A stretch of 64,000 bases of DNA from Macrostomum hystrix (taxonomy: Eukaryota; Animalia; Platyhelminthes), in contig CATNEN010000010.1 in the NCBI GenBank assembly GCA_950097015.1, forward strand, positions 1,860,001 through 1,924,000, in the 5' to 3' direction. Under the pieces are notes generated by a model that did no database searches, was not told where the DNA came from, and saw only the letters and a list, made by a program, of their open reading frames with translations. Both the position numbers and the translations under genes were made by a program. Below, in pieces: positions 12,096 to 25,900 of this stretch. Within the stretch, counting starts at the first letter, position 1. The number at the start of each line of letters is the position of its first letter.

Positions 12096-13513
12096 CTAAA
12101 GTCGGTCTAAAATTGGTCTCCGTAGTGCTGAAATGAATATGAATCTATGAATTTATAACAGCCTCCCTGCAATTTTTAATGGCTGTGTCCGTTTTGTTAT
12201 ATCGCGGGGATCGTAAGGAAAATTTACAGTTTCAAATTTCCTTTGCTCGCTTCCTGCTCATTGCCTCTGCCTGGGGCGGCCGAGATAAAAGGAATTATCT
12301 GCGGGTGGGATATTCTCGCTGGATTTCCCATGGAGAGGAGGAAACTCCCATGACGGAATCGAAGTGAAGAAGAATCTATTTCCGGTAAAGCTGTGATTGA
12401 CGATTGAGTCTCTGAGCAAATAAGAGAACAGTAATACGAAACTCTAGAAGGTCCTGGAAATTCGCAAAATGAAAATGCGTTAACACAGTGGTAAGGGAAT
12501 TGGGGAGAAGTAGATGAAGAGAAGGGGATGAGGACAGGAGAGGGAGAGAGGGGGAATCGGGGAAAAGAGAGGGGAGACGCAAAGAAGGGAAGAGACAAGG
12601 GGAGAAGGGAGATGGGGAGAAGGGAGAGGGGAGAGGCTTAGGGAATAGTTGTTTTTTAAGTTGGTGGCTCATAAATAAACTGGCAGCCACCAGCTCGCTC
12701 AGATCTCCGGCAGCCAAGAGGAACAGACGGTGGAAATCTGAGGCGGATCGATTTCCCAGACTCCAGGCGAACAATCTCAGATTCTCTACTTTGGTCTCCG
12801 ATTCCTTCCGTCTTCCCTTTTCTGTTGCGATTTCCCAAGATCCTTGCTTGGCAACAAAATAGGATCGTGTTGGTAGCTATAAAATGTTTTGTAGTAAATC
12901 AGGAAGCTTGTGGTTTGCTTTTAAATCCAACTGGCAACACAAAAGTACCATCCTAGCCGTCAGATTAAATTTAGATTTGCTGTCTTGGTCATCCGCAGTT
13001 TTATATTTGTAAAAATATTATACGAGCTATTGTTATATTATCGATCGCATACGAGAAATAAACTGGAACCCAACGAGAATCTCGAGTCAGAAGTGACGAG
13101 GAAACACCCATGCACAGATTACTAGCCAAACAGGCCGTTCATCAGTAGTTTATCCAGAAGTATGTGCCGCATTTTGAAGAGGAAATTATCTACTTGTACC
13201 CAAACTCCTCGGTAACAGCACACTAGACGCTTCTTTTTTTTATCTGGATGAATTTAGACTGAAGTCTCAAGACTCAAGTCGTCATCTGTTAAATCATCAA
13301 AGCTACAAGAAAATTTTGTGCATAGAAAACTAGACAGCAATAAGACGCGAGGGTTTTCCAGAATTAAGCAGAGTAGAAAAAATATTAAAAGGGGAAACGG
13401 TGCACAGAAACACAAGTAGCTTTGTTATAACTTATTTATCTTCCGGTTGAAAGCCGGAAATTTTATATAACGACAAATCCACTGAAGACAGATTAACAAA
13501 TCGATCGGCAGGC

Positions 13514-16154
13514 TCAGAAGGCGTGGATCTGGAGGCTGCCCCGCAGGCCGCCGCACTGCACCTCGTCGATGTAGAGCGTGTTGGCCTTGATCTGGATTTC
13601 CTCCTCCAGGTCCAGCTGTCGTCGGCAGAGGCCCTTCAAAGAGTCGCGGCTGGCTGCCAGGCGCTGCGACAGCGCCTCCACGGAGGTGTGGATGCCGCCG
13701 ACTTCCTCCACGAGCCTGCAGGGTGTGGATGAAATTGCCGCCGTCCTCTTAGATGTGCTATTTTTATAAATCTGTACAGATTTAGAATGCACATGCTTCT
13801 TCGCCTACTCGTGAGTAGAAATTCTGGCATAAAGTAGAATATTGCAGTACTGTTCAATAAATACTGAATTGTCTAACAACGCTATATCACAAGTACTAGC
13901 TAAATATACAGCACAGCTGAATGTAAAATACCATAACTGCTTTCTAAGACTGCTTCTAGCAATCATGAAGCTAGAACTCGGTTAGCAACCAGCTAACATG
14001 GACTCATTGGGCTGAACAGCGCCATAATTAATTCGAGTAAAATTTCTGTTACTAAGCTAAAAGGGCTTTTGTCGAGTTTTTATCGGACCTGATCCCTGTG
14101 AGGTCAAGTTTGAGACCTCGGCCTCTGCAGCCGCCGCCACCGCCGCTGCTGACTCTGCCGACATTTGAAATCAGATCTGCGGTTAGCTTCCCTACAGTAA
14201 ATGTCTCAATCGAAAGTTTTGAACCGGCTCAAGATTAAGCCGAGCCCTGAGCTATTCTATCTATAGATTCTATAGAGCCTCTCTTATTCGCCCTTCCTCA
14301 GCCACTTTGTCCGCCCTCTCCTCAGCCACTCTATCCGCCCTTTCCTCAGCCACTCTATCCGCCCTCTCCTCAGCCACTCTATCCGCCCTTTCCTCAGCCA
14401 CTTTGTCCGCCCTTTCCTCAGCCACTCTATCCGCCCTTTCCTCAGCCACTCTATCCGCCCTTTCCTCAGCCACTCTATCCGCCCTTTCCTCAGCCACTCT
14501 ATCCGCCCTTTCCTCAGCCACTTTGTCCGCCCTTTCACGAGCAAATTAATCCGCCGTTCCTCTGCTACTCTCTCAGCCTTAAATCTTCGAATGCTCTAAT
14601 TATTCCCGATCGGCCCCATCCCGAACCTGAACTGGGCTGGGTCGCGGCACTGCTCCACGTTTGGCCGGGCGCCGCGGACCTTCAGTCGTGTCTCCGCCAC
14701 CTTCAGCGGCTGCTCCTTCTCGGCGATGGCCGCCTCCAGCTTGTCGATGTTGACCTCCATGTCCTTGACCTCGACCAGCACGTGGGCCAAGTGCTCCTCC
14801 AGCTTGGCCTTGGAGTCCCGAGTCTCCCCGATGCGCCGCTTCAGGGCGATGTCCACGCAGGTCTTCTGCTTCTCCAGATCGTTGGCCACGGCCTGCAGGA
14901 TGCCGTCAATTATGGAGCACATGTGGGCGGAGTTCTGGCGCTGCTTCTCCGCCTCCAGGATGTTGCGGTTGCTGAACTCCTGCCACTCCTCGGGGCTCAC
15001 GGACCTTGAAATGCGAGGAGCAACAATTGCAGAACAACCAGGTTGGGGAGATCGGGCAGAGGAGACCAGGATGAAGAAAGAGATCAAGAAAGGGGATCGG
15101 GAAGGGGAGATTAGGAAGGGGGCATTGGGAAGGGGAAATTTGGAAGGGGATATTGGGAAAGGGGCAGTGGGAAGGGGACATTGGGAAGGGGAAGGGGAGA
15201 TCGGGCACGGGAGATCAGGCAGAGGAGGATCTGGAAGGAGAGTAGCTGGACAGGTAGTTGAGCAGTGGTACTGACTTGCTGTCAATGCCGACGGCGCAGG
15301 GCGACCTGCCTAGGCCGGCCGTGTTGCCCTTGAGAGCCACGCAATGCGAGTCCAGCTGCTCGGCCGCCCGCTTATCGGCGATATCCTTCTCCAGCTGATA
15401 CTTGGCCTTACGATTTAGACGCAGCTGCTCCTTGGCCTGCTCAAGGGTCTTCATCAGCAGCGCCTGGGCGCCTTGGTTCACCTCCACCTCCTTCAGGAGC
15501 TCCTTCTGGACGTCGTCGTGCACCAGATCGATGCCGATGCGGCCCTCACTGTGTTGAGAGATTTTGAGGTACAGTTTGTCAGGCCGCTTTTTTGTGACCC
15601 GCACAACGACCTCTACTAATGCCGTTAATATTACTAGTACAAATTCATTCCCTCACCGGTTAATAAGGCACTGCTGAGAGATGTGCAGCGGCTCTTGGTA
15701 GGACTCCAGCGCCTTCTCCACTCGGTTGATGAAGGCGCCCAGCCGGTCGATCTCGCCGCTTACTCCGGCCAGCTTCTCGTCAACCTCCTCGCGCCAGTAC
15801 TTCACATCGTTTAGGCGCTGACCTGCGATTGTACAGAATAAAAGAAGCATGACATTCGCATTGGTTTTTTTATACTCTGCAACCTGCTTTAAAGAATCAA
15901 GAAAAAAATACGTGTACGAAAATTAATAAATTTCTACTTCAAGTAGCACTCAAGTACCACTCACTCAGCTTCTTGTCCACGTCGGCCTGCGCGGCGGCGG
16001 TCTTCTTGGCCGTCTCCTCGATGATGCGATCAGACTCGGCCTTGAGCCGTTCGGCGGCGGCCCGCTCGAGTTCGGCGTTGCGGTACTTCTGGTTGTTGCT
16101 GAAAGTCCACTCCGGGTGGGTGTAACGCGGTGGCGGATTCACGACCTTGGCCAT
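13514..16154 (-). CDS. TEKT1: Tektin-1, 5 exons (16154-15965, 15822-15657, 15548-15276, 15004-14627, 13715-13514), 402 aa
   Basis: MAKVVNPPPRYTHPEW start, REGRIGIDLVHD and RPNVEQCRD tektin motifs. All junctions are GT-AG with consistent phases (1,2,2,2); total 1209 nt. Confidence 0.95.
14285..14540. repeat. 24-bp tandem repeat (CTCAGCCACTCTATCCGCCCTTTC) in tektin intron 4
   Basis: About 10 copies read directly. Confidence 0.92.
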
Positions 16155-18669
16155 TTGCGAGCTGCTCAGCGGGAAAAGCGCTGAAGTAGAGTAGTTGGAA
16201 AGTAGTTTTAACCTAAAACTAGAAAATTGCATTGCTTCATCGGATTAATGTATGTACGAGCCGTATGAAAAAAATAAAAAACGGTTCCTACTTATGAACT
16301 AAAAATTTTTTTTAAAGTAAAAAATCAAAGAAAAAAATAACATGAAATATCATAAATTATCATGAAATAATTGTCTGATTAAATACACATTGTGAGTCTA
16401 GTCAACCACAATAGGAAGTTGACTAGACTACTAGTGCAATTGTAAAAAATGAAGCACCTATATGTTTCAAATAGAAAAATACTTTCGATTATTAAAAAGC
16501 GTACAAACTTATAATTCAATGAACAGTTTATCAGATATCCTCCACCATAATAATTAAAATCCTTCACATCTGAATTCAGTTAGAGCCAGTTATACACATT
16601 TGGAGTATGAAACATAAACAATAAAAAACTCATTTAACGAAAACCAAGTGAGCATTTCTGATGCGTCAAAAGGTCAATACACTCAAAAGGCAACTAGCTG
16701 AGAAGCTTCAGATAAGTATAGTTAAATGCAGCTGTATATATATTAAAATACAGCTGCGAGCTGCATAAATAAAGTCTTACTTTAAAATATTTTTGTAGCA
16801 ATTAAAATTTTTTTATTTCTACTTGCGCTCGAAATTTCTGTTTTTATGAAACGGTTGTCATTAAACACATTTTTTATTCATAATAACAAGTTGCAAATGA
16901 TAAGATTCAAAGCTATATATTTAAAAAGTTTGAATTTTCTTATATAATCATTCCTTATTTCCAACAATATTTTTGTCGACATCGTCAAAAATAAGGGGAT
17001 GTCTTAATATCTAATAAATCTATATAGACATATTAGATTGAATTACAGAAGCTATAAAATCATTATTGCTATGTCACAATACTGTAAGGAAGGACAAGTC
17101 CTGAAATGAGATAATTTAGGGCGACATAAACCGATGCGTTGTCACTGTTGAACACTTGGCAAAAGCCTTAGAAACACAAAAGCAAGTTTAAAGAAGAACA
17201 GCTACTATAAATGTATTAACTTGTTTTTATATAGTCGTTTATTATTGTAGTACTTCTAAAAGTTTTATACGAATAAATACTAAGGATAATATGTTTTGTT
17301 TAAATAAGCATACTTTACCGTATACGTAACTCTGTAATCACATTTTAGCAACACATTGCTCACACGTCTAGGCTGTCTAGGCTTTTCGAATGAAAATTTT
17401 GATCTAAGCTCGTATCTCAGCCGTGTAAATTTATCCTTACGTTTGAACTTAAGGATACACAAGCTACACACGCAAGAAAAGGTCCAATATTGTGTTTATA
17501 AAATCTTTTGGCACGTACGATGACTACTTCACCACACACTTTCTATGTATTCTTAAGTTGTCCTCGTGTTGGCGCTTGTACGTATATTCGATCTCATTTT
17601 TTTGTTTTACCAATGCATTTTTGTTTGCCTATATATTATATATTTTTTACTATTTTGCTTCTCTATTAAGCATACAGGAATAAAAAGGATTGAGATCTCG
17701 ATCGCACATTCAATCATTTCTCGTTCGCTACGATGCGCAAAAATTGCTTCAGTTTTTAGTAAATAGTCAGCAAAATCATAATAATTTAGCCATTACAAAC
17801 CTCATTTGGTTTAAGATGTTTTCTGTGATCCTGTTGGAGAATGAATAGTATGTAAAATATATACTGGTGCTCTTAAAGCTATAATTAAGATCATGGTCCA
17901 TTCGAAAAATCAGGGAATCTAATAAAGTTCTTTTGCACATTATTACTATATGGTCAAAATATTAATGCGTGTCGATCCAACCATTAACAATCAATCAAAG
18001 TTAAAAAGGCTCTATATCTACAAGGCTTGACCAATGGCAAATAAAACGTGCACTCCCCTCTCCCAACCTCTTCAGTTCCCTCGTACCCCTCTGTTCTTCG
18101 AGGCTGCACCCTACCAATGAAGCTGAAAACCTCACAGCAAAGCCTATATATTGCCCTTCAAAGGCTTGGCTGACGAGAACCTTTATTGTCGAAAGTTGCT
18201 TGTGGTCTACTTTCTTCTATAGGTAGACCAAGGAGAAAGGCAGCTGTGACTGACGCAGGGTAAGATCGTCCTGAAACTGACGCAACAGAAGATGGCGGCC
18301 ATGAAGCATCGCAGAGGAAATTCTCTGGTGGCCCCACTGTGCCTCTTGTTTCTTGGTAAGCGAAGTCATTGCGTAACAGAGGTTGTAAGGATTGAGACTT
18401 CGTGCACTTAATATTTAATTTTTTCCAGGAATAGCACTGATTTGCTGCTTTGCTGAAGCTGCGGAGAGCCATGGCGTGGCGGAGAACACAGACTCGCTCG
18501 TGAGTTGAGATTTCATTGCTGCTAGATTTAGAACTGAAACGAGCACTTTTGTTTTTCGATTGTTCAAATTTACGATCTGCCGTACTTGACAGATTGATTA
18601 AATACATGAAAAAAGCATCTATGAATGAGGGATGGTCATGTGCTCGTGTCGGGGATTCTGAATCCTAAT

Positions 18670-18925
18670 CTTAATCCTGATGTCGGATGTCTGAATCTTT
18701 ATGTCAGGATGTCAGCATCCTGATGTCGGATGTCTGAATCTTAATGTCAGGATGTCAGCATCCTGATGTCTGATGTCTGTATCCTGATGTCGGATGTCTG
18801 TGTCATACTGTCAGGATGTCTTTATCCTGCTGTCTGGATGTCTTTGTCCTGCTGTCTGGATGTCTTTATCCTGCTGTCAGGATGTCTTTATCCTGATGTC
18901 TGGATGTTTTTATCCTGATGTCAGA
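18670..18925. repeat. Degenerate tandem repeat (ATCCTGATGTC(G/T/A)GGATGTC-type)
   Basis: Repeated CCTGATGTC/GGATGTC units of variable length. Confidence 0.75.
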
Positions 18926-19987
18926 TCCTGTCTTGTTTCGGGAATGATGCATGTTTACATAAGACTACAGATACTATATTTACTAAACATAGTATCTGTG
19001 CATAAGACCGGTTAGTCAACTTTTTTCTTAACTTTCAAAGCCGATAAAGTTTCCTTAAACTGAGTGCACTTATCAGCGGAATCTGTAAAAAAGTACCATA
19101 GGACAGCCTAGTTTCTCATTGATTTCGCTTCCAGCTGACATATTCGAACGCTTTAAATATTTGTTTGAAATTGCGGTAAAAAGCCTCATATGCGGCAAGC
19201 TTGTTCTCCTAAACTAAAGCAGTGCTGCCCTAAGTCGCCTCTGACGTCAGCAGGAAGACAGACAAACAGAGGGCGGGTTGTTGCGTCGGCCTGCACGGAA
19301 TTTGCCGGCCCAGTCGGTTGCGTTGCTGCCGCGAGAGCTCTGTGAAAACGGCCCTCCCATTAGGTGCAGAGGAGAAGCTGCAGGAAGTCGGTAGAAGATT
19401 GGGTGAAGGATGGACGCTCAGAAAGCTGAGGCTCCGTGCGTGTTCGCACTCGAAAAGTGCGCCCTAATCACTGGGCTGACATAGCCCGCTTCCCCTTAGA
19501 TTTCCCCTACCTGCGCATGGACATGGCACAATGCGCACGAACCTTCTATCCCCTGCTCGCGAATCGATGCCTCCTTGAAATGACGCTACCGGGACGGAAC
19601 CATTTGGAACCAGCTGTTGGTCAGTTCACCACATTTCCTCTTATTAGCACCACCAGAGATATGATAGAAAAAAAATGTTAACGCAATCAAATTAAATCTT
19701 ATGGGTGTTCGTCTCAAGTCACAAAGTTACCCAAATTTGATGTTTTTGATGTTCCTCCGGCATTTTATTGGACTTTTCCAATGCAAATCCACGCGTACAA
19801 TCAAATGATTACTTGCAGAGAAAAAGAAGAAAAATATCAAACCAATAATTTTCAAATAACGATTGAATTGTCTCTGTGTCCCACATAATTTGCTCCAATT
19901 GGAAAAAATCGACAGAAAATTTTTTTGCGATCGACCAATCAGCACTCAGCTAGTCATTTAAGATCTAACCCACCTTACTCCACACAG

Positions 19988-22900
19988 GCTTCGTCAACCG
20001 GCGGGCGGCGCCGCCTACTACAGGAGGCCGAGGAGGAGGAGGAAGAAGAGACGGAGGAGGAGGAGGAGGATGCTCCTGCCGAGGCTTCCGAAGATGAGGC
20101 GGACGATGAAGCTGGGGCTGCTGACGATGCGGCAGGTAAAAAATCTGATTTGGCCATTAGGTACAAACGTGTCGGTTTATTGTTGTGTAGATCAAAGTTC
20201 TCCCCCACGAGACTTATTGCACAAATTATTTTCATTCATCGCCATTGTCATCCACTAGCTGATCGCACTAACTTGCGCGTTTACTAAAGCGTTTAACTTC
20301 TGTTCCTTAATCAGTTTTGTTTATTTAGTCCTGTGCACCGGAGTTCAGATGAAAACACAAAAAACACTTTAGGCTTTAAAATCATTTGGCTTAAGAATGT
20401 GAATGGAGAAAACATAAATGTGAATTATCACCGGCTAAAAGTACTAAAGGATGTAAAAATATAGTACAATTCTGCAAATATGACCTACTATTGGCCTTGA
20501 AATTCAATCTTGTCAGGATACATTCAGCATCATTGCTTCTCTAGCCCTGTTAAAACAACTTACTTATTAAAGCGGCCAATTAGTAGTTTCAATCGTACCG
20601 AAGCGAAAGATCAATCGCGAATGTTAAGAACCACCCAGAACACTCCGTCACTCGCCAACTGTAAGACACCGCCACGTCCGACGAAGACTCTGACGATGCC
20701 GACGATGAGACTGGAAACGACGGTCGGAGACGAAGGCGCCGAAAGGGACGCGGCCGGCCACAGCCACCGACGATGCACGTCGAAAGCGAAGCGGCAGAGC
20801 AGCCGATGGTACTGAGTGAGGATCCTAACGATCACGACTGTGATGGAATTCCCGACGACCAGGACGAGGACATTGACAATGACGGTCTGCTTGACAGGAC
20901 TCAGGATTCCGACTGGGATGGCGAGACCAATCAAAATGACGACGATGACGATAATGATGGCATCCCGGATGTAGAAGATCCCGACGCTAACGGCGATGGC
21001 ATCCCAGACTGTCGAGAAGACACATCCGATAATCAGAACCGCCTGCGCTACAGGAACCGCAAGAAGGAGGGCGACGCAGACAACGATGGCATCCCGGATT
21101 ATCTGGACCTCGATGATGACGGAGACGGAATCCCGGATGTGCTGGAAGACTCGGATGGGGATGGTATACCGGATCTATTGGATACTAGCAAGTACGACGC
21201 GACTGGTGAGTGCTGGGAATCTTAGGAATATCATTTTTAAAACATTTAGTATAGGTTCAGCAATTCACAGTTAGAAAAATGGGAATATTTATCGAGTCAA
21301 ACAATTTTTTTTGTTTTTGCATCAGCTAGCGTGCCAGTTAAGTGATAGTTATCACAATGACACAGTTTTTTGTTTTAATTTTGATTCAGACGGACCCGAA
21401 GTTGAAGATTTGATCGCCGACCTCGAAGAGATGGGTTGGTACGATCGCGACTGCGACGGCATACCAGACTTTCTGGATCCGGATGATGACAACGACGGCT
21501 TCCTAGACAACAAGCAGGACAGCGACAATGACGGAATCCTTAACGAATGGGACGATGACGATGATAACGATGGCATTCCCGACTGGGAGGATGAAGATTC
21601 CAACGGCGATGGAAAGCCAGAGTGCGTCCTGCGTGACTCCGACGGCGACGGCATCCCAGATCATATCGACACAGACGACGATAATGATGGAATTCCCGAC
21701 CTAAAAGATCCGAACCACCCACTGTACAACTTCTTCAAGGACTCCGACGGAGATGGCATTCCGGACTCCATTGACAATGATGATGACAATGACGGAATTC
21801 CAGGTATCATTGTAGCGAATTATGAAAACCAAATACTAGAGCGTCAACGATTCACGCACACGGTTCATGAAGCCGGAAATTTCTAGTTCTTTAGCTAACC
21901 TCCCATTGCTATTTCCTCTCGGCACTTCCCAATCCGCTAGTCGAGTCAGCATTCGTTGGTATTCTCTGTGCCCGGGTTTCAAAACTGAACAAGGAATTAG
22001 AAGGGAGTGGGGCGGAGAAATGGTGGGGAGAAGTGCTGCATGGGAAGGTCAAAAAAACCTACAGAAGTAGCTGCTGGTCTAAGGAAAGTGAGTGAAATTT
22101 TTGGGGCAGTGTGGGGTAGCGGGAGCAGCAGAAAGCCATTGTGCACCCTCTGGCCTTCGATTCTATTCGAAAGGTCGCCTCTCCATCTGCCACCCCACTC
22201 CCTCTGCATTTGCTGGGGAAAGCCGGGGTCCATTTCCGGGGTCTGCTGGCATCGGACGCATCGATCGAAGATGCGTAAACTACCTTGTACATTCCCTGGT
22301 TCTGCCTAGCTTTCTATCGAATGCGAAGCCTTTGTCTCTTTGCCTTTGATTTTTTATTAAAATGCCATCCTTTCTACTTTCCACGATGTTAGTAGGCGTT
22401 CTGTTTCTTGAACCAGAATTTCCATAAATTCACAAATTTTGCAAACGCTTTATTCTAAAAAATAAATATATTGAACAGCTTCAAAATGATTATATTTTTG
22501 CCTCTCTGCAGATCATGTGGATGCTGACTCTGACGGTGACGGACAAGCCGATCTGTTCCCAGACAGAGATGGTGATGGCATTCCGGACAACATTGACGAC
22601 GACATGAACAACGACGGAATTCCGGACCACCTGCAGGATCACGACTGCGACGGAATCCCTGACATCATAGACCCAGACGATGATAACGATGGCTATCTGG
22701 ACAACAAGCAGGACAGCGATAATGATGGCGTTCTTAACGAATGGGACGACGACGATGATAACGACGGCATTCCAGACAAAGATGACGAAGACTCCAACGG
22801 CGATGGCATCATTGACTGTGTGCCACGAGACAGTGACGGTGATGGAGTTCCCGACCATCTGGACGATGACGATGACAACGATGGCGTGCCTGATCATCTG

Positions 22901-25900
22901 GACCCAGACTCAATGTCCTTCCTGCTGTACAAAAACTTGGACGCAGTGGATGCTTTGCCAGGTGAGATACTCACTCAGTTTTGGGAGCTCCTGTGCTTGA
23001 TAAGCGCTATTGCTATTAACGGAGAGAGAATGCGCGCGCTTTCGTAGTCTGTTCCGTAGATGTGTCGCAAACTTTGTCTCTGATATAGTCCACCCCTGTA
23101 GAATGTAGACTTTTACCGACGGCTTCCTCAAATGGCGTGTACTCTCTTAACCCTGATACCTGAGGTAAAAACTAATATTTTTAGTTATGAGCATTCTTTT
23201 CGAGAATTATTTGCAAGCAACTAGTTAAAAAAATCTTGCGCGATATTGGAGCCCTTTGTGTTCTCCGATTCTAGTTATAAACTTAGTTAAAACCAAGAGG
23301 ATTTTCATCCTAGATTCAAGCAATAGTCTGGTTCATTTTGCACTATATGCTTGACAAGATACTCTGCGCCATATCTAAACCGTAAAATGCTTTTTACGTA
23401 TACTACTGTCACCAACTTAACAGTAGCGTGTAGCTGCTTGTGCTATTTAGATCCCACTTTCTCGCTTTTCATTATTTTTACCCTTGAGCCTAAAGTCCAT
23501 CCCGGTTTACTCTGGAGGATAATGTGGGTATCATCCCATCAAGCAACCCTACTACGAGTAGATGAGTTGTAAACAACTTTTGTTTTAGTACAAGTTGTAA
23601 AAGTATTAGAACAAACTCTCGATGTACGCCTCTCCCAAACTCGCGCCTTCTGGTCCCATCTTTGCAGAGCACATGTTGATTAGGAAATTGCAGAAAAAAA
23701 TGAGCTACTACTCGTTGCGGTATCCGGAGGGACTGCCGCCTCCCGAGACCGGGGACTCAAGCGTGCTCAATGGTTGGTCTCCAGTCTCCGTTTCCCTCTG
23801 CATTCCTCTAAGTTGTGAATTTGTTTCTCATAGTCGATGGCTGATGCATATTCCTTTTAATTTTTTGATATCTCACTTTTTTGTTTTTCTTAATTTGTGT
23901 TTGGACTTCATACATAAAGCAGGAAAATGACTGGCTACATTTCGAAAGACAATCTTTCTTTTTTAAAGAAAGATTCGGTTTCACATTATGTTTGTTGAAA
24001 TGAGGGCATGATCGAGAAAAAAACGACTTCTAGGTTGCAGACTTGCAGGGCGTGAAATTCAGTTCAATTTTGCTTTGTGTCCGCTGACAGCGAAAACTAC
24101 TGATTTTTTTCCGATGGTGCTAAATTTAAAGAATAAGCTTATGTGGGCTAAGATGCTTGTGAAAGATTTTCAAGGTCAAGGTCAGGAGTCACGTGCTGCT
24201 TGAGAGCTTTTTTATAAAACTTTTCGCTTCATTTCAGCAGCTCGGGTCTGTTTACAGTTTATGCGTTCTAAACGATAATCGTTGCACTTTTGAGAGTCAG
24301 GGCGTGTGAAGCGAAAAGGGAGTTGAGATAGTTAATAAAACCGGGTGAAGGCTCAAATTTGCGGGGTTGGTGTTGTGTTAAGGCAAGATAAGGAGTGTGA
24401 AGTGTGCCACAAAGGGTGAGAAAATAAGGCTTGAGTGGTAAGAAATGGACCAATCAGAATACGGCTAGCGAGAGAGCCAGAAAGAGTTAGAACAGAAGGT
24501 GCCTGATGATGCATGCGAGCTAAGGGTGGGGTGTGAAGTGGACAGACACGAAGATTAAATTGCAGATGCGCAATAAAGAAACACGAGAAGGCCGCGATAG
24601 CTCGTAACCATAAATGTGAGCATAAAATATTTGCACCCTGTCCTTAGCTGCACTAGAGCTTAACTGTTGGCTTTCATGGTATTTATTCCCGAAGTTCGTC
24701 CTGAAAGGAAAGCTAGCTTTCTACAAGCAAAAGTACCCGCCTTCAAATGCTTTTTTCTGTTCAATCAGCGCATATACAATCTCATGCGTCTTGCAGTAGT
24801 TAGTCCGCTTGCTTTTATTTGTTTCATTTAGTTGCTTTCAACCGCCTGTCAGCATCATACCATGGGGGCTGTGTCCAATAAGTAGTGGGAATTTTCAACG
24901 TAGCTCATAATCGGATTTAGACACATTAAATTCCTATACGTTTTATGAAAGCGGATTTATGTATCTCTGTAATACTTAATTTTGCTATTATCTTCTGGCA
25001 TTCAAAAGTTATGAACAATTTAGTGCAGTTCCCCTGGGTACAACTTACAGAAACTTTAACAAGTAGTCATAGACAAGAAACATGACAACAAAACTATCAG
25101 TCGTAATCCCATTGAAGTTCATCTTAACGTCAACTCAAATGTCCTTTTCGTCAGGGATGGAGACCTTCTCCACGTAGTCGCCTTTGCAGCTGATGCACTT
25201 CTCCCAGCGATCGAGTGCGCAACGAATCAATTGCATAAGCGTATGCAATCGTGAATGGGAATCGCAAAAACAAGGATGCGCCGAACCTCTTCTTCAAGGC
25301 AGTGACGATTCGCGTAGACTTTGCCTCGAAGCAGCTCCTTCAGTCTCGGAAAAAGACAAAAGTCTGCTGGCGCCAAGTCAGGGGAGTAGGGTGGGTGAGG
25401 CAGGAGTTCAAACTTCATGCCCTGAATTGCCTCCACTGTCTTTGAAGCCGTGTGCGGTCGGGCATTGTCGTGGTGGAGAACTGAGGGCTTGATTCCACTG
25501 CGCCGTTTTTTGTGGATGTCAGCCTTGAGCTTCTTCAGAGACAAGATGTAGCGCTCCGCATTGACAGTTGTGTTTGGCTCTAGGAAATCGATTGTCAAGG
25601 GGAGCGTCTTCATCAAGCAGATCCAAAATGCGATCGTTAAGAGTCTTGGATGCGGGCATCCTTGGCCGACCAGATTTTGGCAATGCCGCCACATTGGTTC
25701 GACCGGCCTGAAACTCCTCAATCCACCGGTAAACTGTGCTTTTGCTTACTGCGTGTTGTCCATGAATGCGCTGCAGGTTGCTCACAATCTCGGACCCATT
25801 GTGTCCCATGCTCCACAGAGTGAAAATAGCATGGTGCTGTCCCTCTTTCGAGTGGATGTCGGACATGTTTGCACAATCGTCGGATGCTTCAAATGCGCAA

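Noticed and set aside
18158-18607. 149-aa minus-strand ORF upstream of tektin
   Set aside because: No recognisable motif, coding bias or splice partners.
19380-19720. Candidate first (signal-peptide) exon for the DxDxDG gene
   Set aside because: No ATG with a hydrophobic stretch and a phase-0 donor was found in any frame, so the 5' end is left unresolved.
23147-23160. TTAACCCT, a piggyBac-like left end
   Set aside because: No matching AGGGTTAA right end and no transposase found.
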